Positions 46,181 through 59,039 of a stretch of DNA of 64,000 bases are shown in pieces. The stretch lies in assembly GCF_006345805.1 (NCBI RefSeq), contig NC_042998.1, forward strand, positions 39,432,001-39,496,000. The letters run 5' to 3'. Source of the stretch: Octopus sinensis (taxonomy: Eukaryota). Position 1 is the first letter of the stretch. The number at the start of each line of letters is the position of its first letter. The position numbers were made by a program, and so were the translations under genes. The notes under the pieces are model-generated. The model made no database searches and was not told the DNA's origin. It worked only from the letters and a program-made list of their open reading frames with translations.

Positions 46181-46208
46181 CCAGGGCAACACCGAGGTGC
46201 ATTGCTAG
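46181..46208 (+). mobile_element. Possible solitary degenerate Helitron 3' end
   Basis: CCAGGGCAACACCGAGGTGCATTGCTAG|T resembles the terminus at 25813-25840. Confidence 0.4.
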
Positions 46209-46562
46209 TTTATATATTTATAGGCACAGGTCCATGCTAGCATGCAAGACGGATGTTAAATGATATGACAGGAATGGCTGTGTGGTAAATAGTCTGCTTG
46301 CCAACCACACAGTTTTGAGTTCATGTATTCTGCTCCCCAGGCTGAGTACACTGTGGTAGAGACAAATGTGTGGAAACACATCATATATGTGTGTATGTGG
46401 TTGCATGAAGGTGTGGGTGTGTATGAGTGCATTTGTCTCCATGTCTTGTTATTAAACAAGAATTGTAAACAAGTTCCACCATCATACAAGTGGTCTCCTT
46501 CTGCCAAATATTACCTTACTTGTAGTTGGTGAATGGAAGAATGTCAGAAAAATCTATCTTAA

Positions 46563-47635
46563 CCCTTTCATTACTATATTTCTGACCTTATGTGTTTCAA
46601 TTAATTTCTAACATAATCATAAATTTAGTCTGGTTTCATTAAACAACTATAACTTTTTTATTAATCAATATATTAATCTGATTTTTGGAAGATAATTTAA
46701 TGAAATGTTCTCAACCAATTCTATACTATAATTTTTGTCACAAAGTGACTCTAATTGCAGGTAGATACAGGTAAATTCAACAAAATATAAAATTATTAAA
46801 ATTTTGTTCAAACATCGCTATAGAAAATGGGTTATTAGCTAATATTCAATTGGGTATACAACAAAATTTTACGATAGAATTTGTTATTCTGGGTAACTTT
46901 CTGATACCCATAATAATATTTATGGCAAAATAGTCTTAATTTCATTTAAGGTTGTGGGAAACCACTAACTATCCTTTCTTTCGCTTTGTTTACACTTAGC
47001 GTAACGGTTCGTTTCCGCCGTAATGATTTCAAATAGGCTCATTCGAAAAAGTAAAAAGAAATAGTCTAAGGCTTTACTCTCCTGGGAAAGTCTGTGGCTT
47101 GGTCCAGTTTCTTCAGAAAAATCACCGAAAGAAACAGTTTTTAAATTTTCACTCCATTCAGGTGCCAATTCATTTTCTTTATTGCTGTCGGAGCTCTCGG
47201 ATTCACTGTTTTCACTTTCAGAAAATGAAACATCAGATTCATTATCAAATACCATGTGCTTTTTTTTTTCAGTCATAGTTAGATTTATCAAGGTCTTCAG
47301 TAGAAAATCCTTCGAATTCTGACTCACTGCTTGATATAATGAAATTCGTATCCATTTTTTGTCAGAATAACAAATTTTGAAAACACAATAGGAACAAATT
47401 TCGGAAAAAAATCTCCCAAAATTCACGGAATTAAAATTACACTTCAATCGTTGTACAAAACTGTAGATGAACTGTTTATGAAGTATAATCACGTGTTTTC
47501 ACGAATGTACTAAAGAGATTTGCTCTGATATTCTCATTTAAATATGAATAGGTAAATACGGGCGGGTTTGGGCGGCTTGGTCACATGAACCAAAATTTTT
47601 TTCGGGCGGCTTTGGGCAGTTTGGTAACAAAAGGG
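46563..47635 (-). mobile_element. piggyBac internal-deletion derivative with transposase N-terminal fragment
   Basis: TTAA TSDs at 46559-62 and 47636-39. TIRs CCCTTTCATTAC / GTAACAAAAGGG. ORF 46965-47492 has an acidic tract and the ...YFFLLF...IITAETNRYA motif of piggyBac transposases. Confidence 0.9.
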
Positions 47636-49387
47636 TTAATGATTTCTATCTGATTGAAGGCAAGCATGGAAAAGTGGACATCACTAAAGTGGTGGCAGCA
47701 GCAACAATGATGGTGAAAATGTCTTATGTCAACTCCTCCATCTCCAAAGTTATCATCTTTGGCAATTTCGATGCCCACATCTAGCTTTTGCTCCCTTTGC
47801 CCTCTCATACTGCTTGTGCAGGGACCACATTATCCTGAGCATCAGCATCAGTTTATGTCCTCACACCAACCCTCTTCACTGCTCACATGCCAGACTTTAT
47901 TCAGCCATTACTGCATCTTCCTTTATCAACTCACTTGCCGATTCAAAGCAATTCAGATTTTCCTTTTGCCTAATAACCCCTGTCTCCTAATTCTGAGGGA
48001 CTATTTTTACCCACATTATGTTCTGGTAAACTCCCAATTCTCCCTCTCCATCTTATCAGCCATACTTTTTCCACTCCCCTTCCCCAGTTACTCCTCAAAA
48101 TGTTGATCCAGTGGAATTCCCTGCCTGCACATGTTTTCTAAGCAACCGTTACCTTGTGACTGTTCAAGATTTCCATTAACAACACAGCTCTCCGCAGGGC
48201 CTGTCAAAGTCAGAGGCACACAAGTCCTTCCTCTCCAACAAATAAGCAAAAAAAAAAAACTTGATGCCTTTCTTAATAGCAACGACCAGCTTGCTGTTCC
48301 TTGTAATCACCCTACAGACACACACACACACACACACACACACACATTCACTCCTTCACAGATACCACAACCCTTCAATCCTGAAACCAAACCTGCATTG
48401 AGGGCATAACAACTTAGTCGTCTTCAATATCACCAAAACAGTTGCTACACATATTAAGGAAACAGTATTGCACCATGCTTATGCAAGAACCACCACAGAT
48501 CATACACAAAAAAAAGAAACCATCTCAAAGTCCCTACAAATAGTAGACATTTATTTCACAAAGATTTTCAGAAATGGAAAATACCTGAGCTCTGAGTAAT
48601 TGCTGATTCCCTACAGAATGCAAGTCCAACCATTGTTGTAAAGTGAAAGATTTTCTACTTTTATAACCATTCACTTACACACTCCTTTCTTCTTCCACTT
48701 TCTTCTAACTTTATCTCTACCTTTGTCCTTCTCAACTTAAATGTCATCTCAACTTTAGATCATCAAATGCACTCGTTTCTCTGCTAATTCTGCACTAATC
48801 ATGTTCCCTTGAAGGTGCATCGCTAAAGTGGTTAGGTTATTTGGCTCAAGATTGTATGTCACAAGTTTAATTCTTGGTGGTGCATGTTGTGTCCTTCAGC
48901 AAGATACTTTAGTTCATGTTGCCCCAGTCCTATCAACTGGCAAAAATGAGTTGGACATGTTTTTCAAAGGCCAGTCATGTCATGTTCTGTGTCACGTTTC
49001 CCTGACAACTACATTATGGGTACGCACGTCTGTGGAGTGCTCAGCTGTTTGCACAAGCAGACTTTGCTGTTAATTTCACAGATCAACTGGTACCCCTATC
49101 ATCATAACTGACAGAGTGCTATGAGAATCATGTTCACAATTGTTTCTCAAACGTTTGGAACCACCTCTCCATTCACATTTTCCCTACTATTCTTAAACAA
49201 GACAAACACATTAATCTCAAGTCTGAGAAGACCTGCAGAGGTTGCAAAACGTAACCTCAACCACCAATTAAAAAAAAACATCAAGATAACATTCTAAAGT
49301 TGGGCATTATAAAAACAGGTCCAAGAGACAATATCAACCATTGAATGGATCTCATTTTAAGTTTTTATTAAATCTCGTCAAACTCAC

Positions 49388-49513
49388 CAAATGGATAATT
49401 TTGATGCCAAACAGCAACAGCAGTATCTGTTGGGTTCTTTTTCTTGAACGTTTTTCTGCCAATCAGAGGTTTGTTATTGGTATTTGAACGTAATGCTGGA
49501 GTTCTGGACAAAG
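49388..49513 (-). CDS. EIF2AK3: PERK luminal exon ((S)LSRTPALRSNTNNKPLIGRKTFKKKNPTDTAVAVWHQNYPF)
   Basis: TTTTAG/GTGAGT, 126 nt phase 1-1. SRTP and YPF motifs. Confidence 0.9.
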
Positions 49514-49705
49514 CTAAAATTGGAAAAACCAACAAAATAGAAAATAAGGATTGAACACACATGTAATGCTTTCTTAACAATGGCAACTACAGGCTAGATG
49601 TGATAATAAACTCAAGTTTTTGTACGACTAGCATTAGACAGATGAGCAGAATTGAAAATAACGAACAAATTATCAAATGTCATTGATACACAGACAGACA
49701 CTTAC

Positions 49706-49822
49706 AGGATGCTACATATGGTTTCCAGCCGACAGAAGGTAGATGCTTGAATATTTGTCTTGGAGCTACTTGTTCGACACTCTGGTCTGATACTTGAACA
49801 TAGGGCTGGTCCTGATGTTGTC
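49706..49822 (-). CDS. EIF2AK3: PERK luminal exon ((G)QHQDQPYVQVSDQSVEQVAPRQIFKHLPSVGWKPYVAS)
   Basis: TTTCAG/GTAAGT, 117 nt phase 1-1. G...Q.Y.Q and WKP motifs. Confidence 0.92.
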
Positions 49823-50812
49823 CTGAAATAAGTTGATTTAAAATATGAGAAAATAAAAATGAGTTTCATAAGATATTTGATAAAATAGTCAACATAACAA
49901 TGTAATTATTATGATTTATATCCAACACCACAAAAGTACAACTGAAAGATTTTGTTAGTTTAATCAGACATCAGTATTGTTTTCAAGAAGAAAGTCACTC
50001 AATTCTTCCAGTTACAGCAGCAGTCGTTTGACCCGCAAGAAATAGCAGCCAAATCTCCTATCAAGTCCTTAACATCTTTTAAAGGACACTTTAGTAGTCC
50101 AAGCTACAATGTGCCTGGAAATAATAAATAAAAAGATGGGTTGGGCACGCCTAGATTTCCTTTAGTCACACATCATGCCAACCAAAGCTGACCTGAGAAT
50201 TTGAATCAACTCTAGAAATTGAAGTAAATTTAACTTTATATCTGCACTTTTACAAAAAGAATATTTGGTTAAGAGTTTGAAGAAATTTATTCATAAAAAA
50301 GTAATTCCAACTCTATACAAGTTATAGGGTTTACAACACCTGAATATAATCATGGATAAAACAGATGCTGGGAAAGAAATATGTAGAATCATTAGTTTTG
50401 GTGTGAAAAGTGCTGAGAAGGAACTGGTCAAGAATCATCATCACCATCATCGTTTAACGTCCGCTTTCCATGCTGGCATGGGTTAGACGATTTGACTGAG
50501 GACTGGCAAACCAGATGGCTGCACCAGGCTCCAATCTGATCTGGCAGAGTTTCTACAGCTGGACGCCCTTCCTAACGCCAACCACTCTGAGAGTGTAGTG
50601 GGTGTTTTTATGTGCCACCGGCACAAGGGCCAGTCAGGCGGTACTGGCAACGGTCACGCTCAAATGGTGTTTTTTATGTGCCACCTGCACATGAGCCAGT
50701 CCAGCGGCACTGGCAACGACCTCGCTCGAATATTGTTTTTCACGTGCCACCAACACAAGTGCCAGTAAGGTGCAGCTTTAATTTCTAACAAAATGATTTG
50801 CTGCTGCTGCTG

Positions 50813-51244
50813 TTGTTGTTGTTGTTAAGCAACAAGACGGGTAAGGGTGATTTCACTGCGTCCGTTCTGTGGGTTGGGAGATGTCTAGCAGGTTGGGAGC
50901 GGAAGTTCACTTTTCCCAGATCCGAAGGACAAGGAGAGGGTCACTGGCCAGAATGCCTGGGAGGGTTGGCATTTGCAGCGGGCGATGGATCTGTGGACAG
51001 TCGTAGATGACATGCTCTACCGTCTCCTCTCCCACCTCGCACTTTCTGCAGGTTCTGTCTATGGCTCGGTTGATCTTGTAGACCCAGTACTTGAGGTCCG
51101 GGTGATGACCACTTCTAAGTCTGCTGAGTGTTACCTTCTGCTGCTTTTAAAGAATTTGGACCTGGAGATCTCTATTTCCAGCGACTTCGAGGGCCACCTC
51201 CCAGTGGTGTCAGGCGTCAACGAAGAGCCTTTGACTACAATAAG
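50813..51244 (-). mobile_element. 5'-truncated I/Ingi-group LINE 3' end with CCHC knuckle and (CAA)n tail
   Basis: The minus strand encodes VTLSRLRSGHHPDLKYW...TCRKCEVGEETVEHVIYDCP...IWEK*. (CAA)n tail. Degenerate direct repeat ATGA..(GCT)4 on both sides. Confidence 0.8.
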
Positions 51245-52010
51245 ATGACCAATGCTGCTGCTGCTGCGGCATCCCTGTGGGTTTATCATAAGATTCACTT
51301 TGTATCACTTGAATCTTCTGATATGAACAACATCTTATTGATTGAACAATCCCTGACTTTTATGTCATTGTGATAGAAAATATAAATTATGTGAAAGAAA
51401 AAGACTTCACAGAATAACTGGCAAAAATAAGTAAGATAAAGAAAGAACTATTACAAACCAGAGACGTATTGCCATTTACAAATTGCTAATATAAATTGGA
51501 CAAGTCCCTGTAATACCTTTTACCTCTTGTATATCGAACCTTTCAATAGGGAATTGAAACTTCATGATTTTTCTTCTCTTCAAAATACTTCAAGTAGGAT
51601 GTGTGTGTGCGTGTGTGTGACCTCTCATTTCTCTCATCTTTACACGTGTTCACTGACTATAAACAAACATCCTCACTATCAATACTGGCAGTATCATCAG
51701 CTTGCCATTAACAGCAAAGGTATGCTCAGGTGTTTTTGCATGAGCTATGTAAACAAAAAGCTCGTTCAAGCAGTGTCAATTATTTCCAGTTCACTACTTA
51801 ACAATGTCTGGGCTATTTGCAGTTCAATAGACTAAAAGAGTAGGAGATTATTACCTGGATTGGAAACAGGTGAAGGCTGGTGACATGAGGGCCATCCAAG
51901 CCACAGAAAATTTGTCTCAACGAATTCAGTTTGACTATTGTAAGCAAGGAAAAGGGAACAAGAAAATGATGATGAAGATGATGATGTGCTTCTCTGAAAT
52001 TGTTACTTAC

Positions 52011-52131
52011 CAATATACATTAAAGGCACACTACTATCCGGCAATGTTGGAATATTCTTCTTGCTGAAAAGACTGATAGGTCTGAGTTTATTTTGATGCA
52101 GAAGCCAAGCCCCAGCAATAGGTGAAGACAA
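52011..52131 (-). CDS. EIF2AK3: PERK luminal exon (LSSPIAGAWLLHQNKLRPISLFSKKNIPTLPDSSVPLMYI)
   Basis: TTTCAG/GTAAGT, 121 nt phase 0-1. PIA.AWLL......PISLF motif of the PERK luminal domain. Confidence 0.95.
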
Positions 52132-54274
52132 CTGAAACAACAAGAAAAACCTACATCAACAAATTTCATAGACTTTGCTGTCATTGTCATCGTTTGTTAG
52201 AAAGCAGATTAAAGGAAATTGCTAATCAATTTTTTTATGGAAAACAATATCCAAATAATCTGAAACAATGTTTACTTAAAAAGAGGAAGGAGAAAATATA
52301 GATCACAGACAATACATTCATTCTTATTTTTGTTTTATATCTGTGTTGGATGGGTTCTCTTGTACAATATATTAGAAATTCTCTTGACTTATAACCATCG
52401 CTTCTTTTAGGTTGCCAAAAGTTCTGATCCCTATTTTCTATATTATTCCCTTTCCACATGGAGCCACCACCAAGAGCATGCAACATTTTTCATCCAGATG
52501 GAAGATTCAGAAAGACATGGGATGAAACATAATCTCCAAATTTGGGGTCTCGCAGAGGCGATGACAAATGGTCATGACCTTTGGCAATATGATGTGTTTG
52601 AGAAGACTCAGAAGTTGTGATCGGTACCAGCATCCATGCTTGTGACATGTAAAAGACACCCACTACACTCTAGGAGTGGTTGGCATTAGGAAGGCCATCC
52701 AGCTGCAGAAACCAAATCAGACTGGAACCTGGTGCAGCTCACCAGTTTTCAGTCAAACCATCCAACCCATGCCAGCATGTAAAACAGATGGATGATGATG
52801 ATGTTCATACTAATAGAGCCACCTTTCCTGCACTTTTAAACTGATGCCTTTTATCTTTAAAAAAAACCCAACTAATCTTAGGTCACTGGCATTCCTCTCA
52901 TCACACATCCAACATTTTCCTTCATCTTTTGTAGATATTCTCTATTAATGCTGATATCTCACAAATAAGAAACATCACATTTCTTAAACGTGCTTCATAT
53001 GGCTTTTATATATTGCACAAAGAAAAAAAAACTCTTTGATGCAAACAAGAGGCAATAGATTGCTAAGTTCCCCCAAAACTACTACCTTATCTATTCTAGC
53101 ATTTAAATATTTACTACGAATACCACTGGTACATAACTGGTAGGAGCAGATTCGAATCAATGAATAATGACCAGTTGGACTGCTATCCAGGTAATATCGT
53201 CTGTAGATGAAGAACACAATGAACATCGCATATCAATGTCCAAGTTCTGCTGTAGCACAGAGAACCTCACAGCTGAGAGTTCCTACCCGCACATTCCAGA
53301 TGACCACCATTTAATATCCTCCCGCCAGTGACTGTCATATGCTATTAACAATGTCCAACAAAGGAGATAACTTCCTATCTATAACATCTCAGAAAACCAC
53401 AACTAGTGTTAATAAAACTATCAACTACATCAGATGAGCTGTCTAAATTATTCAAATTCTGGGGGTTCCTACTCCTAACTAGTCCTGTGCATTTGTCACA
53501 CCTGAAGTCCTGAGACTGTCAATCTGCAAGAAATACCAATTCCCTGAATACATAGTAACTGCCCAGCTATTCACTTTCTACATACATGTCGATATACTTC
53601 CCAAGTGATGAACGTTCATGAGTGTTAGAACTGGGCCTTGGTCATGTTAGAATTGGGCCTTGCGCTTGATCATAACTTGTGACACCAATGTGCAAGCACA
53701 TACACATATCAACACGAAGTGCTTTGCCAAGTGGCCCAGCAAACAAACTCACCACCTTAAGATCATGAATCATACACCTTAATCACTGGGCTACATGCCT
53801 TCACACACACACACACACATGCACGGGGAAGGGTGCATGTGTTTGAATGTGTGAATGTCTTGGCTTGTCTCTTACTAACTCACAACAGATGTTGGTTTGT
53901 TTATATCCCTGTAACTTAGAGGTTCAATGAAAAGAGACCAATAGAATAAGCACCTGACTCTAAAAATATATTGAGGCCAATTTAATGACTAAACCCAGAA
54001 TGGCTGCCGTCCAATGACTGAAGCAAAAGTAACAACATGGATATATGTGCACCATTCGAGTGTGGCAGATGCCAGTGCTGCCTGACTGGCTCCAGTGCTG
54101 GTGACATATAAAAAGCACCCACTCTCGGAGTGGTTGGGAAGGGCATCCAGCTGTAGGAAGGGCATCCAGCTGTAGAAACCTTGCCAAATCAGATTGGAGT
54201 CTGGTGCAACCTCCTGGCTTGCTAGTTCTCGGTCAAACCGTCCAACTTATGCCAGCATGGAAAACGGATGTTAA

Positions 54275-54473
54275 CCCTTTTGTTACCATATTTCTGTTGA
54301 GATGCTGTTTTTCTTTCAATTACTTTAAATTAGTAAAATAACTTAGTTATCATTAAGCTAGTGTTAGGAACATAAATTGTGACTAAAGTTTGGTGAAAGA
54401 TTTTAATTCAAAACTTGTGAAAACAAGACATTTGTACTACAGAGCAGTTTCAGCCGGGTTGGTAACAAAAGGG
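54275..54473. mobile_element. piggyBac-type MITE (199 bp)
   Basis: Perfect 14-bp TIR CCCTTTTGTTACCA. TTAA TSDs at 54271-74 and 54474-77. Nested in an RTE tail element (about 54050-54502). Confidence 0.92.
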
Positions 54474-54864
54474 TTAAACGATGATGATGATGATGATGAT
54501 GATATACTCTGAGTTGTAAACCCATCCATGGAAAAATATTTTAAGATAATGAAGATCACAAGCAACTACTCTTAAAAGAAAAAGAAAGCAAACTTATTAA
54601 AGCCGTTATATTTTTAAATGCTGAAATTGTTGTTCAGAAACGCAAAGGATAATCAAATGAACTCATTTTTTCAACAAATTACTTTTTAGACAACATAGAA
54701 AAATTAATTACATTGATTTGCATAAAGAAATTAAAGTGACACAAAAGAATGTCTGAGAAATTATTTAAAATTAAATTTCAAAAATGAGAAATTTTAGAAA
54801 ATTAAATTTTAAACAAGTTAATAAAAATACCATAATTTTGTTGATAAATATTTGACAAACATAC

Positions 54865-54971
54865 CTTATGTTGCCATAGCATCTGATTTGGATCATCAGG
54901 ACATACACAGAATATTATGCCCTGGGGTACCAGAATCTTTAGTGAAGACTCTACAATATCATTCATTTCAT
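54865..54971 (-). CDS. EIF2AK3: PERK luminal exon ((D)EMNDIVESSLKILVPQGIIFCVCPDDPNQMLWQHK)
   Basis: CAG/GTATGT, 107 nt phase 1-0. Bridges the phases of the neighbouring exons. Confidence 0.9.
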
Positions 54972-56038
54972 CTGTAACGATTTAAAACATTTCCAATTTT
55001 AGATTCTCTAAATATGAATATTTACTCATCACACACACACACACACAAAAACATTTCAGTGAAGTTTGCCCATTAAAAGCAACCTTTTTGTCTTTCACCA
55101 AATCTTGAGAAGAAAATTTTATTTCTGCTCAAGATAAGATTTCACTTGATTGCTCAGAAAGGAAAGATTGGATCTATTATACCTTGTCAAGACTCTAAAA
55201 TGTAAAGTACAGGTTAGTTTAGGGGCAGCTACTTCAGATGATGTTACACCATCATCATTTTACATCCACTTTCTATGCTGACCTGGATTGGATGAGTCAT
55301 CAAAGTCCAAATTAGTTCTTATACAGAGCTACTACCCTCCAACTCAGGCCAAAAGATTATGTCTCACTTAGGAATGGAAGTAAACCCCATTAGACAATAG
55401 TCCACTTAAAAAATCCTGCTGCCAGCACATGTTAATGGTGTGTAGTTGCAACAATTAACTGGATAATAAAATGTTAAAATTCTGGTTCAAGAATTCTGGG
55501 TTCATATTATCACATTGTACTGAGAGAAAAAAAAACTCCACTTAACACCAGAGAGAGAAAAAAACACTTTGTAATGAGACAGAAACTATTTAAGAGTGCT
55601 GACTCAGAGGTACCCCTACCAAAAACTTTCAAATGGTACAAGAAATAAACCCTCCCACTTCTCAAGTCTGCAATACTAAACATATTATCCAGAACATTCA
55701 TTTCATTTTTTCAGCATCATAAACACTAAATGTTGTCCATGCTTCTTTGCATTCTGCTCTATAATGACTACAATTACAAACAACTACTAACACTACAAGT
55801 CTCCACAAATTTCAGTTTGTACTAAATAAATATTAAATAGATATTAATTAATATTAAATAAATATTAAGCAAATATTAAATAAATTCCTATGGCAACTTT
55901 AAAATATCCTTGTTTAAAGTGTCAAAAAAGATTTATTTATTAAAAAATAAAAAAGAATTTATCAGACTTAGTAGAAAGAAGAGGCAGTCATTCATGATTT
56001 CAGTTTTTAAAAATACGTAAATAAATGAAATGTCTAAC

Positions 56039-56175
56039 CAGGACATGTTACAAAGTTATTCTCCAATTCTCCCTCCATTTCAGAAGCGTCATCCACTTCT
56101 GTGTTAGACTTCATCAGCTTGTTTTGCAACAAACCAACATAATTTACATCATGGTGACCAACACTGAAATTCCAT
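56039..56175 (-). CDS. EIF2AK3: PERK luminal exon (WNFSVGHHDVNYVGLLQNKLMKSNTEVDDASEMEGELENNFVTCP)
   Basis: CAG/GTTAGA, 137 nt phase 2-1. EKWNFSVG signature. Confidence 0.94.
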
Positions 56176-56218
56176 CTGTTCAAAATATGAAAAGGAAATT
56201 TTAAACTTAATTATTTGC

Positions 56219-56249
<31 letters not shown>

Positions 56250-56693
56250 AAAAGATGCAATAACTATCAATTTTACATACAATCCAATACTGACAGTACG
56301 GCTGATTGTGGAATCAATAAGCTGATGGCATTTAACCTCCTCTAAGAGATCAAATGCACAAAAGAATCAGCTCCGAATAAGGGAGTGAAAAATTCTCTAA
56401 CAACAATTACTAACCTAACTATCTACTGCAATCCCAAATTAAGCATAAGTAATCTCTTACTTAAGTCAATTCTTATATATTTGAGCAGACAGTACAAAGC
56501 TTACTTCCGCTTCCATAGCTGAGAAATTTCCTTTGTGAACAAGCTTTGCCACACTCACAAGCATTTTCAGCAAATTTCCAATAACATCAACACTGTGAAC
56601 CCCCACGTCTTGACAAAACCCACAGCTTGCTTGTGCTTGCCTCTCTGCCATTTCCAATAGATTTCAGATTCTACTTGTGGAAACGGTCTATAG

Positions 56694-56855
56694 TAGTGGT
56701 TCCCACCTTTTCAGTAGTTCCCAACCTTTTTATTTAAATGAGTTTTTTCACGGACCCCTTTTAATATGCTTATCCTTGTATATAAATATATAGGAAATTT
56801 TGAATTTAGTTCACAGATCACCAGAGGTCTGCAGACTCCAGGTTGGGAAGCACTG
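56694..56855. mobile_element. hAT/Charlie-type MITE
   Basis: Termini TAGTGGTTCCCA / TGGGAAGCACTG. 8-bp TSD GTCTATAG / GTCTAGAG (7 of 8 match). Confidence 0.75.
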
Positions 56856-57634
56856 GTCTAGAGTTATGTACTGATGATGCCACAGCTCCCAAATGTACCA
56901 GAGAAAACAAGCAAAGGAATGTCCATTACCTTGTTCACCAACACAACTAAGTCTTTGATAAAGACAGTGGCCTAAGTTGAGACAAGAATGAGTTATGTGT
57001 TCATCAGGAGTCATCTAACGTTATGTTGTGAAAGTTGATGCATCTTGCATAGCAACCAATATAGCTTAAAGTCACCTAAATTTTTCTAAGAATAGAAATC
57101 AATGCAGCTATTTCCATTGAGAAGTGGAAGTATGCTTAATGACTGCTACATAAAATATGGTGTGTGCTGAGGCTTGTCAATGTCAGGAACAAATATGTTA
57201 CACAGACCTAATGAAGTTCAAAATATTCTCCCTTTGAAGCCAGCATATTTTTAACTGAATAACAAGATGAAAAATTGTTCAGCTTTCGAACTGAGCTATT
57301 GTACAAAGGTGCTGTTGGGATTACCAGCGTGAAAAATACAGTTTGTGGATGTTTTGCTAATAGAAAGCCTTTAGTTAAATGAATTCAGTTTAAGTAACAC
57401 AAAAATGTTGTGGATGAAAGTCAGCTATTCAAACATTAAGAAATTATGATAAAGGATTGCTATGTGCATCAAAAATTGTAGGATAACCATAAATAACATA
57501 CTTGAGAGTAATCCAGTGGGGTTAATGCTCTTCTACAGGTTTGCAGCAGAACACTTAGTTGCCACAAAATGTAAAGGAAATTCAAAATGACATTGGAAAA
57601 CCACTGCCTAAGAAGTGTGTGTGTGTGTGTGTGT

Positions 57635-57950
57635 GTGGTTATGTGGCAAGAAGTTTGCTTCTCTACCACATCATTCCAGGTTCAGTCCCACCTTGAGCAA
57701 GTGTCTTCTATAGCCTCAAGCCAACCACAGCCTTGTGAGCGGATTTGGTAGGTAAGCCCATTGTGTGTGTCTGTCTGTCTGTCCCCCAACCATTGCTTGA
57801 CAACTGACGTTGGTGTGTTTACATTCCTGTAACTTAGTGGTTTGGCAAGAGAGACCAATAGAATAAGTACCAGGCTAAAAAACTAAGCAGTGGGGTTGAT
57901 TCATTCGACTGAAATTCCTCAAAGCAATGCCCTGGCATGGCCACAGTCAT
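57635..57950 (+). mobile_element. tRNA-derived SINE
   Basis: Collinear with 29750-30150. Another head occurs at 58575-58740. Confidence 0.75.
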
Positions 57951-58248
57951 GCAAATAATGGAATGCCAACTAGGAGACAAGTAGACCATTGTTTGTTGTC
58001 CACAAACATTGAAATTTCTAGTCACATGAGATAACAACTACAGCAAAACTAAAACTCATTTCTTATAAGAAAATATCAACTAAACACTTTTTCCCAATAC
58101 TTACATCAGGATCGTACAAATACTCTGTACCAAGCAGAACGTTTTTACTCCCGTTGGCTCAACCAATTTAGATTTGTCACGTGCTACAAATACAAGATAC
58201 ACACTCAGCAAACAGACAGAAACAAAACAAATCACAAGAGCATCTTAC

Positions 58249-58385
58249 TTTTCCGAACCACTCCGTGAGTCAACAGCTCGTATTGTTTGAGTGTTTCTTG
58301 TAATAACTATCAAATCTTCTTCTTCACCCAATGAATCTGTATAACCAAATTGTTGGCATCCATTCACGGAACATGTGTATCGAAG
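58249..58385 (-). CDS. EIF2AK3: PERK luminal exon (LRYTCSVNGCQQFGYTDSLGEEEDLIVITRNTQTIRAVDSRSGSE)
   Basis: TTCAG/GTAAGA, 137 nt phase 0-2. RY.CS..GC and T.RAV..RSG.EK motifs. Confidence 0.95.
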
Positions 58386-59039
58386 CTGAATTTAAAAAAA
58401 AAAAATATTCATTGTAATTACATTTAATGACATTTTAAAGTTAATTACCAAAATTTCATAAATCAACATTCATAAAGATCTGCTGAAAAACTGAGGTGTA
58501 AATCCTTTTTATTTGTCTGGAAGTCATCAGCTTATAATGGCTTAAACTGGTCTATTTCTTCTATTTTATGAGGTGCAAGCATGGCTGTGTGGTAAGAAGT
58601 TTGCTTCCAAACTACATAGTTCTGAGTTCAGTCCTACTGTGTGGCACTCTGAGCAAGTCTCTTCTACTATGGAGCTGGGTGGAGCAAACTCTTGAGTAGG
58701 CCTAGCAGACAGAAACTGAAAGACGCCCATCATATACACACATATGTATAGGTGTGTGTCAGTATGTCTGAGTGTTTCCTTGTCTAGACTTTGCATGGTG
58801 GTTGTTAATAAGAGTCACTGCCATACACCACTTGTATGACAGTAAAACCATGCCTGACCAAGAGGAAATATTACTTTGCTTGAGAATTGGCAATAGGAAA
58901 GGCATCTGGCCAAAGAAAATCTGTCACAAAGAATTCTGCAAGCAAGGAAAAGTGAATGCTAAAACAATAATGATGATAATATATAAAAATGGCGAAAGTA
59001 AAAAGGTTTGAAAGGTTTCAGCAATCTATCATTGTCAAA

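Noticed and set aside
46965-47492. 175-aa ORF as an independent host gene
   Set aside because: It lies between piggyBac TIRs and is a truncated transposase without the catalytic core.
50798-51373. Plus-strand ORFs in the GC-rich island
   Set aside because: They are antisense shadows of the minus-strand LINE fragment.
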